Origin: a bacterium
GTDB lineage: Bacteria > Bacteroidota > Ignavibacteria > Kapaibacteriales > UBA2268
Assembly (NCBI GenBank): GCA_037127915.1
Contig: JBAXXL010000004.1
Span: forward strand, 32,509 to 96,508
DNA length: 64,000 nucleotides
Direction: 5' to 3'
In this document: in pieces, positions 48,101 to 57,700 of the stretch
Position numbering within the stretch: the stretch's first letter is position 1
How the letters are laid out: each line of letters starts with the position of its first letter
Program-made: the position numbers and the translations under genes
The notes under the pieces: generated by a model
The model's input: the letters and a program-made list of their open reading frames with translations, nothing else
Databases searched by the model: none
Told to the model about the DNA's origin: nothing

Positions 48101-48600
48101 TGATTTTTAAGAAAAATAATTTGAGGTAAATTGTTATTTGGTATTCTGATAATGAAATCTCCATCAATCCCGATTTTACGATTAAAGTCATTGAAACTAC
48201 TGACGATAAGTTGGTCTCGGTTTATTATTAAATCCGTAACCCAGCCATTAATAATCCTTGCATCTGAGGCGTAAAAAACAACGCTATCAATGTCCATAAG
48301 TTTTAAATTGCTTATTTCAAGAGAGGAATAAACTCTTAAGATGCCTGGTTCGCCGAATAAATCGACGATGATAATACTATCAATGTCAGATATATAGAAT
48401 TTTGATTGTAAAGAATCCTTTGTAAAGATTCTCATTAATCCGGCATTCTGACCTTTTATAAAACCGATATTTCCAATATTAGCAATCTTATATTCTTTCG
48501 CTTGGCTTCCATCATTAAGATAGAATTTTACTATCGGGTCTATTGCATAAAGTGATAATGCACAGAAGAATACCGATAAAAGAAGTAAAGTTTTTTTCAT
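45151..48600 (-). CDS. Large secreted protein: 3 N-terminal beta-repeats, unknown domain, Ig-like domains, LamG and one FISUMP; no CTD
   Basis: GLVAYYPFNGNANDESGN...MDDIRIYN.ALS (LamG); IGAQEWMKKNLDV...SVRCIKD (FISUMP). Confidence 0.9.
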   Translation of the reverse strand: MKKTLLLLSVFFCALSLYAIDPIVKFYLNDGSQAKEYKIANIGNIGFIKGQNAGLMRIFTKDSLQSKFYISDIDSIIIVDLFGEPGILRVYSSLEISNLKLMDIDSVVFYASDARIINGWVTDLIINRDQLIVSSFNDFNRKIGIDGDFIIRIPNNNLPQIIFLKNQQDSAIGASIIKTTDLVCNINSKSTASVIIFLNTMMAGVSLDSMKDNVVDFINNLGETSWIANRIEQFQNEGLSYTNTMDDTLKPVLEMAVSKVYEFITGKKPEILRKINKINKNFDVLLNDLKVLPIEESGIKVEANSNQDGFVQVKITNNRKRHINIRTNALPGEVFQVGPLKANSSLLGSLLDEQFENPKILNIKISNGFTIEACGPAFGYNIIGYDHNDNFYLDPYFRTVASMAMPAIDCIISGYFGKLDPKNMELYQEIIDFIYTNSNRILAKSEIQEKLAKNDIPGACLETAKLITTDKELIEVIAKVFSISISEEVINRIVAFSTALCNSLDFLGIYFDLWWINEYSTFFVLPDVTKDLEKPIIKINSIVPNNNKVAPLNYVNISTTLSDNLKLSKAHLYVDNDNNTKPYQTEDLLDQNIKTKDIQFNWMANKILGYHKLRLTVYDEYGNRTDETINIEVTNSPNDITKPTVELTAPTETTIPQGSNVTAKIHLTDDSSIQFWKISVENQTTKKNETIAKETLSNAQKDITREILVNTSKYPVGTVLRFYIAAGDGNFNQTTITKDFTVTNNQIPTQGLVAYYPFNGNANDESGNGQNGIVNGASLVKDRFGQDNKAYSFNGVTNNIEIKNSSSLQLTSAFTMSFWVNINNWWGGEWAPFLFKGDKIKSPIYGIATHKTDGWNLVINTTNNVSKPKLATLNSKKWYHIAWVWDGNNSSLYIDNKKYILNNYQGSQTNNSGSLYFGYAANPSAGVWYNGLMDDIRIYNNALSDSEISALYNENSSIIPNYESVVIGAQEWMKKNLDVSTYRNGDPIPQVTDPTAWANLTTGAWCYYNNDPNNATTYGKLYNWYAVIDPRGLAPMGWHIPTNSEFNNLSNFLGGDNAAGGKMKESGNSHWKSPNTGATNTSGFTGLPGGYRIYDGKFDLIGYFGSWWSATELNATNGNARSLNYNQNGVASSGGANKKDGNSVRCIKD

Positions 48601-48611
48601 AACGCACCTGT

Positions 48612-49070
48612 CTATTTAACCAAAATCATTTTTTTGGATTGAACTTCGCTATTAAATCGTACTTCGTAGTAGTAAACTCCGCTCTCAACCCGGTTGTTAT
48701 TCTTGTCGAAGCAGTTCCAAGGCAGTGTGTTTTTACCAATTTGGCAGTTGTTACATTCTAACTTTTGAATTTGTTTTCCGCTGTTATCATAAATAATAAC
48801 CGTTACATCTCCGATAGAAGCAATTTCAAACTCAATATTAGTTTGCTCTTGGAATGGATTTGGGTAATTACCGGCGACAGACAAACCGCTATCATTTTTA
48901 GTAGATTCGTTTACGGATGTAACATTTTCAAATTTAATTGTGCGGATTTTAGAAACGGCAATTTTGTCTATTTGGTTATTCTTCAGTTTAATAACCAATG
49001 TGTCTGTTTGCGCATCTAAACAGTAACTATATGCAAATAGCACTATAATTGCGGTTAATAGAAATTTCAT
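48612..49070 (-). CDS. Small secreted beta-repeat plus T9SS/FlgD-type CTD protein, close paralog of 21091-21549
   Basis: The mature sequence is nearly identical to the 152-aa protein; start moved to MKFLL. Confidence 0.88.
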   Translation of the reverse strand: MKFLLTAIIVLFAYSYCLDAQTDTLVIKLKNNQIDKIAVSKIRTIKFENVTSVNESTKNDSGLSVAGNYPNPFQEQTNIEFEIASIGDVTVIIYDNSGKQIQKLECNNCQIGKNTLPWNCFDKNNNRVESGVYYYEVRFNSEVQSKKMILVK

Positions 49071-49525
49071 CTCAGCCTCTTCGAATAAATAAAAACAAAA
49101 ATACTTTTTCATTTTGGCTATTGTAACTTATAATTCATTCAGAATTATAAGTTTAAATGTATTTTAATAAGTCACTATGTTGACAGGCTCTAATTATTCT
49201 TATTATGTATTTATAATTAACGACTTATGCCCATCAGAAATTAATTTAAAAAAAATGTTTTAACTTTTTACATTTTTATGGTGAAAAATTAACAATTAAT
49301 TTTCATTTGTGCAAATATTTTTCCTAAAAAATGAAAATATTTCATAATTTAGGTGAAAATTTGAATTTTTTCGAAAAATATAGTGTGTATTGTTGAGGTC
49401 AAAACCAAAATACAATTGAAATATCCACAAACCGTCTTACTTGCTATGTTAAATAATCCCTTGGCCGGATGTACAAATATCTACTTTTTTTTAAATGATT
49501 CTATAATTAATAGAGAGAACAAGTA

Positions 49526-51103
49526 ATGGAAAATTACCAGGCAAAAATCCTTTGGATAGACGACGAAATAGACCTGCTGAAACCTTATATTATATTATTA
49601 AAACAACGTGGATATTTTATAGAAACGGCAACCAATGGGGAAGACGCCATCGAATTGGCAAAAGCCCAGCACTTCAATTTGATTTTTTTGGATGAGACAA
49701 TGGTCGGTATGACCGGTTTGGAAACATTACCGATTCTGAAACAGATAGACCCATCCACACCAATAGTAATGGTAACAAAAAATGAAGCCGAAGCTGTAAT
49801 GGAAAGCGCAATCGGCAGTAAAATTGATGATTATTTAACAAAACCAGTCAACCCTGCGCAAATTATTATGGCTTGCAAGAAATTCCTCGATAAAGGGCGG
49901 ATCTCGGAAGCAAAATTCACTCAAGATTATTTCGCCGGATTCAACGAAATCTCCCGCTCTTTGAACGAGAGAATGGATTGGGACGAATGGGTTGAATTAT
50001 ATAAAAAACTTACCGATTGGTCAATCGAACTTGACCGTTTATCCGAAAGCGGATTAAAACAAACTTTATTCGACCAATGGCGCGAAGCTAACGCAGTCTT
50101 TTCGAAATATGTAGAGCGCGATTACAAAAGCTGGTTAGTAAATAATCTTGATGAAGCTGACCCCGTTCTATCGCCGCACGTCTTAGATAAATATGTTTTA
50201 CCTCTTTTGAAAGCTAACGAGAAAGTATTTTTAATCGTTGTAGATTGTATGCGCTTAGACCAATGGAAAGTAATGGCGGAAGAATTGTCGCATTTTTATT
50301 CGATTGATACAAATCACTATTGCTCAATTTTGCCGACTTCAACGCAATACGCAAGAAATTCACTATTCTCCGGTTTATATCCAGCTGATATCAAGAAACA
50401 TTATCCGCAATGGTGGGTAGCAGAAACCAACACCGAAGAAGCGAAATTGAATGCTTACGAATGCGAAATGCTTACCGCTTGGACAGAAAGAAGAAGATTG
50501 AAACTGAAAAACGCACCGCAATATGTGAAAATATATGACACTGATTTCGGCGCAAAAATCGAACGTGAAATTGACAATTATTCAGGTAATCAATTAACAG
50601 CAATGGTTATAAACGCGGTTGATATGATAGCTCATTCAAGAAGCGATCACGCGGTATTGAAAGAAATAGCTCCTGATGAATCGGCATACCGTTCGCTAAC
50701 AAAATCTTGGTTCCATCATTCGAGTTTGTTTGGAATATTGAAGCAATTAAGCAAAAGAAAAGATTTGAAAGTAGTTATCACAACCGACCACGGTTCAATT
50801 CGTTGTATGCGCGGCGTGAAAGTACTTGGCGATAGAGATACATCAACGAATTTGCGCTATAAATTCGGCAAGAATGTGAAAGCCGAGAGTAGATATGCTA
50901 TCCAATTGGCTAATCCGGAAGAATTCAGATTGCCTTCACACGGTATAACAGTCAATAACATTATCGCAAAAGAAGATTACTATTTTGTATATCCGACCGA
51001 TTATCATCATTTTTTAAATAAGTACCGCGATAGTTTCCAACACGGAGGTATTTCGATGGACGAAATGATTATTCCTGTTGCTGTACTTAATCCGCACAAA
51101 TAA
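49526..51103 (+). CDS. porX: PorX-type response regulator (receiver plus PglZ/alkaline-phosphatase domain)
   Basis: ILWIDDE...FLDE.M...MVTKNE...DYL.KP; VDCMR.DQW, ILPT.TQYARN, TTDHG, FQHGGIS; adjacent to tsaE. Confidence 0.88.
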   Translation: MENYQAKILWIDDEIDLLKPYIILLKQRGYFIETATNGEDAIELAKAQHFNLIFLDETMVGMTGLETLPILKQIDPSTPIVMVTKNEAEAVMESAIGSKIDDYLTKPVNPAQIIMACKKFLDKGRISEAKFTQDYFAGFNEISRSLNERMDWDEWVELYKKLTDWSIELDRLSESGLKQTLFDQWREANAVFSKYVERDYKSWLVNNLDEADPVLSPHVLDKYVLPLLKANEKVFLIVVDCMRLDQWKVMAEELSHFYSIDTNHYCSILPTSTQYARNSLFSGLYPADIKKHYPQWWVAETNTEEAKLNAYECEMLTAWTERRRLKLKNAPQYVKIYDTDFGAKIEREIDNYSGNQLTAMVINAVDMIAHSRSDHAVLKEIAPDESAYRSLTKSWFHHSSLFGILKQLSKRKDLKVVITTDHGSIRCMRGVKVLGDRDTSTNLRYKFGKNVKAESRYAIQLANPEEFRLPSHGITVNNIIAKEDYYFVYPTDYHHFLNKYRDSFQHGGISMDEMIIPVAVLNPHK

Positions 51104-51105
51104 AT

Positions 51106-51552
51106 ATGCAAAAGATAAAAATCACAACTAAATCGAGTGATGATACAGTAGAGTTAGGTTATAAGTTTGCGAAGAACCTCTCCCGCGGGGATGTAGTAAC
51201 ATTTACCGGAGTATTGGGTGCTGGGAAGACCGAGTTTATAAAAGGACTTTGCAGGTACTTCAACGCCGAAGAACAGGTATCGTCTCCGACATTCACAATC
51301 ATTAATTACTACAGCGGTTTTGATGAACAATCCGAGCTTGAAATAGCGCATATAGACCTATACCGCATAGAAAAGCCGGAGGAACTTACCCAAATAGGTT
51401 TTGATGACTATATATATAATGTGTCAACTATAAAATTAATCGAGTGGCCTGATAAAGCGCAGGACAGATTAAAGAAAATAGATTATAGTATAACAATAGA
51501 AATTGATGATGAACTGGTAAGCGAAAGAATAATCGAAATAGAATCGTTTTAA
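51106..51552 (+). CDS. tsaE: tRNA threonylcarbamoyladenosine biosynthesis ATPase
   Basis: GVLGAGKT, SSPTFTI, HIDLYR, IEWP. Confidence 0.96.
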   Translation: MQKIKITTKSSDDTVELGYKFAKNLSRGDVVTFTGVLGAGKTEFIKGLCRYFNAEEQVSSPTFTIINYYSGFDEQSELEIAHIDLYRIEKPEELTQIGFDDYIYNVSTIKLIEWPDKAQDRLKKIDYSITIEIDDELVSERIIEIESF

Positions 51553-51570
51553 ATTAACCTCAAAAAATGC

Positions 51571-51738
51571 CTTGGAAACGCCGTTTGACTTCTGTGAAAC
51601 GGCGTTTTATCTTTGTGAAACGGTGTTATACCTCTTAGAAACGGCGTAACACCTCTGTGAAATGGCGAACGACCTCTGTGAAACGGCGAACGACCTCTGT
51701 GAAACGGCGAACGACCTCTGTGAAATGGCGGACAGACT
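51571..51738. repeat. Eight-copy 21-bp tandem repeat
   Basis: Consensus CTGTGAAACGGCGAACGACCT; units diverge toward the left. Confidence 0.9.
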
Positions 51739-51834
51739 AAAAAAGACATCTCTTTTGGTTCACTCGCTTTATTTATTGGCAACTACAGTAAATCTTTTGC
51801 TTAATAAACCCAATTTTTATCTCAATTAACTACT

Positions 51835-52065
51835 TTATTGAGACAAAAACTCATCTTATTGACATTTTTCCTGACTTTATTGACATTTTTCCTGACTTTA
51901 TTGACATTTTTCCTGACTTTATTGACTTTTTTCCTCAGTTAGTTGACCTTTTTCCTCAGTTAGTTGACCTTTTTCCTCTGTTGGTTGAGGTAAAATTTCA
52001 TCTTTCTAAGGTTTTTCCTCTTCTTTCTGAGGTAAAAACTCATCTTTCTGAAGTTTTTCCTCGTC
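51835..52065. repeat. Eleven-unit 21-bp periodic array
   Basis: TTATTGACATTTTTCCTGACT x3 grades into TAGTTGACCTTTTTCCTCAGT and TTTCTGAGGTAAAAACTCATC in register. Confidence 0.85.
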
Positions 52066-52248
52066 TTTTTTTGTTCGCACTTAGTATTTAGATGTTCTAT
52101 ACATCCAAAGTGGGAACATTTGCTCTATCAATTAGGAACTCCACTCTATTTATTTTATATGCCGTTTTTTACAAATATAATTATTGCCAAAAAAGGGATA
52201 GACTAATTAAATAATCTATTCCTAATTTATTATTTCATCATTCATTTT

Positions 52249-52374
52249 TTATTCTATTACTAATTTTTTGACTATTGTTTTGTTGTTTCCTTCCACACGA
52301 ACAAAATACATTCCCGCAGTAATATCTTTCGTATTTACTGTATATTGGTATTTGCCTTTCTCAATATACCATTC
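52249..52374 (-). pseudogene. Orphan T9SS CTD tail
   Basis: WYIEKGKYQYTVNTKDITAGMYFVRVEGNNKTIVKKLVIE*, with no start codon in frame. Confidence 0.75.
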
Positions 52375-52620
52375 CTAAGGAATTCTCCCAACATAATCTT
52401 CATATTTCCTATTAATATGGCATCACTACGTGATTGAACAGCGTAGCTGTGCTATATCAATAGAAATTGTTATTAGATTGCGTTCTGAGCAACGTAGTTG
52501 CGGAATACTTCTTCAAGCCTGAAAGGATGGAATTATTATTGAAAATGGAAAATAGACCTGTTACAAAACTCTGAAAGAGTGGAATAAATTTGTATTATTT
52601 GATTTTGTTTTCATTTTACA

Positions 52621-52959
52621 TTACTCCACAATAAACTTGTAACTTAATTGCTCAATTATTTTTGCACTATCAATTACATCAAGAGTATCAGAATTTTGAT
52701 TTTTTATATAAGCAAGATATCCGTGATAATATTTCATATTAAGTGCCATATCAAGTTTTTCACCTCGGTTCCCCCAATTCCATCCCAATATGAATTGCTT
52801 TGATGTGTTTATTAAATCAGGAAGATACAAAGAATCATTGCCCGGAATTGCCCAATTTTGCGTTTTGTCGAATAACCTTGGCGGATCAATAATATCTTGC
52901 GATTATAGAATGATTATACTCATCAAAAATACTGTAGTTATGATAAGTGTATTTTTCAT
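52621..52959 (-). pseudogene. N-terminal relic of a secreted protein with a stop at the end of the signal peptide
   Basis: MKNTLIITTVFLMSIIIL*SQDIIDPPRLF...FILGWNWG..., in frame with the 69-aa ORF; begins 4 nt after the upstream gene. Confidence 0.7.
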
Positions 52960-52963
52960 AACT

Positions 52964-54259
52964 CTATTCCTTCAGGAATTTGTAACTTTTAGAAAAACTT
53001 TTGCTATTTAGTTGTAGTATGTACATTCCTTTTGGTAAACGAGAAGTGTCGTAATTTAATTGATAGGAATTAGTAAAGGTCAAAGTATCAATAACTTTAC
53101 CGATTTCATCTATCACTTGAACATTATATAGTGAGTTGTAATCAACATTCAGGTTCAAAAAGTCATTAGCTGGATTAGGGTAAAGGACTTTCTCATTTTT
53201 TGGGTCATTGACACTTATTGCATTAGAAATATCGTAGAAAGTAAATCTATTTTCTAAAATTATGTCTTGTGCAATCAAAAGATTTTTGCAAATTACAAAT
53301 TTACTGATTTTGTATTCCGATTGAATACGCTTGCATATTAAATCTACAAGATTGACGCGATATAACTTCTTGTCATTTGTGGTAAATAAATAATTTCCGA
53401 TAATATGATTAGAATTTTCAGTAAATATTTTCTTACCATTATATAAAGTTTCGCAAGTTTGTGTTTTTACAAAGTTAGAACTATCATAATAAAATGTAGA
53501 AATATTATCTTTATTGCCCCAATACCAATTTGAAATCAATAAAGTATCGGATGTTGTTGAAAAGCAAATTGATCTTTTGCCATTTAATCTTTTAATAAGT
53601 TGTTCGGTTTCTAAACTAATGATATCTAATCCCATTGTTCCGCTTTCAAAAGGTTTCAAATAATCTACTCTTCTTTCCCAGTTAATCAGAGCAAATTTTC
53701 CATTTGAGCTTATTTTAATATCCATTGCGAAATTGTAATCTGTTTCATAGATTTTGTCAGGCAGATCCAATTTGTAACTCATTTGTTTTTCTATATCGTT
53801 CGTTAAAGTACTGTAAACTATCAATTCACATTCTTTATACCAATGGATACCTAATTTCTCTGTCAATAAAATCAAATGATTCCCATCCTCTGAAATATTC
53901 CAAAGTATTGTTTTAAATTCAGGAAACGAAAATGCAAAAAGTTCTTGGTTTGTAAATGGGTCGATCTTTTTTATTTCGTTTCCGTTTCTTCTGAGATAAT
54001 GATTGGGACTGACCCTTAAATCAACATAAGCATCTTCCGATAATTCCATTTTTTCTGTTGAAATATCATAAATTTTAAATATATAATTATCGCCAAAATA
54101 AAGTTTATTAGCAACTTCATTATACATAAAATAAGTCGGATTATCTTTCACACTACCTAAAATTAGATGCTTAGTCATCTTTAAATCTTGGGCATTCGTT
54201 TTGCCGGCAACAACAATTAATATCGCCAGCACTAAAATTAAAATCATTTTTGTTTTCAT
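52964..54259 (-). CDS. Secreted beta-propeller-like protein with T9SS CTD
   Basis: Signal peptide; ISEDGN / ISSNGK blades; LYPNPA...LPKGMYIL...KFLKE. Confidence 0.82.
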   Translation of the reverse strand: MKTKMILILVLAILIVVAGKTNAQDLKMTKHLILGSVKDNPTYFMYNEVANKLYFGDNYIFKIYDISTEKMELSEDAYVDLRVSPNHYLRRNGNEIKKIDPFTNQELFAFSFPEFKTILWNISEDGNHLILLTEKLGIHWYKECELIVYSTLTNDIEKQMSYKLDLPDKIYETDYNFAMDIKISSNGKFALINWERRVDYLKPFESGTMGLDIISLETEQLIKRLNGKRSICFSTTSDTLLISNWYWGNKDNISTFYYDSSNFVKTQTCETLYNGKKIFTENSNHIIGNYLFTTNDKKLYRVNLVDLICKRIQSEYKISKFVICKNLLIAQDIILENRFTFYDISNAISVNDPKNEKVLYPNPANDFLNLNVDYNSLYNVQVIDEIGKVIDTLTFTNSYQLNYDTSRLPKGMYILQLNSKSFSKSYKFLKE

Positions 54260-54301
54260 TTTGGAATTCTCAATTTGTTTAATAAATTTTTTGTTTCTTC
54301 A

Positions 54302-54550
54302 CATGGGCAAGCCCACGTGCTTCCACACCTTTATGTTTTTTTGGAAGCATTGGGGCTTGCCCCAATGAAACCACTTTTTATCCCCACGCTGAAGCGTGGG
54401 GTTGATAATATTAAGTAAGTTACGTATGTCATTCCCATAAATATATTCCTATAATTGCGAATGTATTTATTTCCGGCTTTGGGATAACAAGGCTTATGCC
54501 ACAGCCCGTGCGGGAATGCAGAGAATTCGCTCCGTCTTCAGATAGAGCTT
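54302..54550. repeat. REP-like patchwork
   Basis: CATGGGCAAGCCCACGTGCTTCC...GGAAGCATTGGGGCTTGCCCCAATG; CCCCACGCTGAAGCGTGGGG; GCTCCGTCTTCAGATAGAGC. Confidence 0.65.
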
Positions 54551-54702
54551 TGTGCGGAAAAAGTATAGATTATTCATAAGTAACTCACTATTTTATTCAA
54601 ATTCATTATGAAACACAAACAAAAATAATAAAATTATTTTAATTAATACCCATATTCATCTTACTATAACACAAATATGAATAGAAAGTTACAAAAAGCA
54701 AT

Positions 54703-54734
54703 AAAAAAAAGGTGCCTGTAAAAACAGACACCTT
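54703..54734 (-). terminator. Terminator of the large T9SS gene
   Basis: AAGGTGCCTGT-AAAA-ACAGACACCTT with an A-run on the left (T-run on the minus strand). Confidence 0.75.
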
Positions 54735-54763
54735 ATATTTTTATGTTCGATTAATCGAATAGC

Positions 54764-57700
54764 TTATTTTACGACGTTCATACCTTGAGTAAGCATATTG
54801 TCGCCAGCTTTAATAACGATTGTATAAGAACCGCTAGCAAAGTTATGAGCATCGATTGATAATGAATGAGTACCTGCAGGTTTTGTACCGTTGAATAAAG
54901 TTGCAACAACTTTACCGCTTAAGTCATAAACCATAGCACTGATATTCATTTCATTTGAAATTGTAAATTGAACTTCTGAAGTTTCTGTTACAGGGTTTGG
55001 ATTTAAGCTATTGATATAAGCCGCGCCGGTTTCGCCTTGTACGTTAACAATTTTAACTTCTGAATATGTATAATTACCGTCAGCATCAACTAATTTCAAT
55101 CTGTAAGCGTAAGAATTGCCGCTAACTACTTTGTTATCAACATAAGGACCATAGTATTTGATTGTTGTACTTGCACCATTAGCAGGAACTTTTTCAAATG
55201 CTGTGAAGTTGCTTGTAGAACCGTCAATTACGTTAGCTTTTTCGATATCAAAGTAAGCTGAATTCATTTCACTTTGGGTAGCCCAATCTAATTGAACACC
55301 GTTAGATGTAGAAGTAGCATTGAAATCGTATAATTCAACAGGAACAACAATACCGTTTTTCTCTAAATAATCGAGAACGGCTCTCATTACTGTTTCAGGA
55401 CTTGACCAATGACGCCAATCAACGTTTAACACTATAATGTTATAAGGTAAAGCAGAAGTGATAACACCACCAATACGTTCTTCTAAAGCAACGTATTTGC
55501 CTTTATCAGGTCTATCTTGATAATGTTTATTATATTTAATAGCTATTTTTGATGTACCAATAACTTTACTATCAGTAATAATTTTGTTTAAGCCTGGTTG
55601 AGGATATGAATCACCTAACCACTGAGTAGCTTGAACACCAAAAATCAAATCTTTTGCTAATGATATGCCTGTTACAGAATCACCGGAATAATTGCCGGCC
55701 AAATCTAATGGGTTACCCGGTTGATTGACAGTGGCACGAATGCGGTAATTCATAAATTCTTTATTATTAGCTTCGTTTGCTCTAATGAATTCTTGCGAAG
55801 ATGCAATGAAATTCTTTTTAATACTTGCAGAGCCTGATTTGAAGTAGTCTTCTAAGTTAATGACATCAAAACTGGAAAGAGTGTTAGCAACTCCAAGAGT
55901 TTTATCATCGCCATCAGACCAAATCAAAGTACGATATAATGGATAATTGATTGAACGAGGTTCCCATTCTTTACGGTCAAATAGATCTACATCTAAGTGA
56001 TTGTTTTCAGGTTCAGGACCTAATTTAGTACTCCAACCGAAATTATTCAATACTTTAACTACTGAGTCAAGATTTAATCTTGAAGCAAACAAGTTAGGAT
56101 CGCTTTCATTGCTGATATCATATTTCATGTTTTCAGCAGAAACCATCAAACTCAAAGTTGCGCGTTTCAAATAGAAACGAACTATTTTTTCTATTTTGTT
56201 GTTATAACCATTTTCGTCATCACCCAATTCAATTATTATTTTGTAAAGTGGAGAAACGTTAGGTTCCATAGCTTTGAATTCATCAGGTACGTTGAAAGGT
56301 TGTGTACCATCTGTTCTTCTCCAATCGCCATAAGTTTCAGGAACAAATTCATTGTTTTTATTAGTAAGAGAAACAACTGCAGTTTGGAAACTTCCGATAG
56401 AAGGAACTTGTAATGTGTAATCCATTACTTTGTTTAATGAAGGATCAAATACACCTGCATAAGTTTCATGATATATAGTTACATGAACCGAAGGGCTTGT
56501 AGTAGACATACTTGAGTTATTTCTGATTGCAACTGTCATAGGAACAGGAGCTTCAGTCATAATATATTCATAAGCTGAAAATTTGCCGACTTGGTCTTTG
56601 TAAACACCAGGTTCAATTAATCGAACCAATTCCAAATCTGAAATATAAGATGAGCCATAGAATTCTACAGCACCAATGTCGAATCTTTCGCCTGATTTAC
56701 CGCGAACTATACCATCAACATCATCATATACTAATTTTTCTAAGTTCATACCACGATTGTTCAAAACTGAATTTTTCGGATAAGGAGTATCATTAACTCT
56801 TAATGTAAGAACATCTAATACATCGTCATCATCGTTAGGACCTTTAGAATGTTTGATTACAAAGTCTTTAATAAAGTTACCGGAAATAGAGTTTCCATCT
56901 TGACCTGTCCAATATTGCCATTGGCTCAATTTCAAGAATTCACCTTTTTTACCGGCGTTAACTGTGCTACCATCATTACGTATTTGAATTAAGCGGAACA
57001 AATCAGTTGTAGGATTTGTTAGGTAGAATGCATTACGATCTGATACCAAGCCTTGACCCCAACGAGGTAATAAACCTTGGTATAATACAGCAGTGTTGAA
57101 CACAGATGAAGATGAAATAGTATTATCTGTAATTGCAATAGCGTTATTATAGAATTGAGGATTGTTTGAATAGCTCATGCTAATACCAACAACTAATGCT
57201 TTATTTACTACATTATTGTAATCTTCAATATATATTGTGTTGTTCGCAATGATATCGCCATTAGTAAAGTAATCAGCAACCATTGGTTTATTTGTTGCAT
57301 CGTTTAAATCTGTAGAAATACTAATACCAACAACAGCCGCAATATCTTCAGCAGGTTTTAAATTCCAAACGATATTATTTTTAATTAATGTGTTTTCGTC
57401 TACACTAGGAATTGTTATTGATTTACCAGTAAATTGAATGGTAGTAGGAGTTTGAACGCTTACGATACCATAAACAGATTCTAAACCAGATACATCAGAA
57501 ATTTCGTTTTTCTGAATAGTTAAGTTTAAGTTATTGAAGCCATAATAATTATTAATATTGTCAGCTTCACCACCTGCCATAATACCAGCGGCATAAGGAA
57601 CACATGAACCAGTTACTTGGAAAATTCTATTGCCGTCAATATTTGTTCCATTTTCATAACCTACAAATATACCTGTTTTAGAAACATCATAAATTATGTT

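Noticed and set aside
18470-48600. Complete DGR in the window
   Set aside because: No reverse transcriptase, Avd or AAC-rich template repeat is visible; only a target-like signature is reported.
51549-51782. 77-aa PFHRGRS-repeat ORF as a real gene
   Set aside because: It is explained by the 21-bp DNA repeat, which stays open by periodicity; no other coding evidence.
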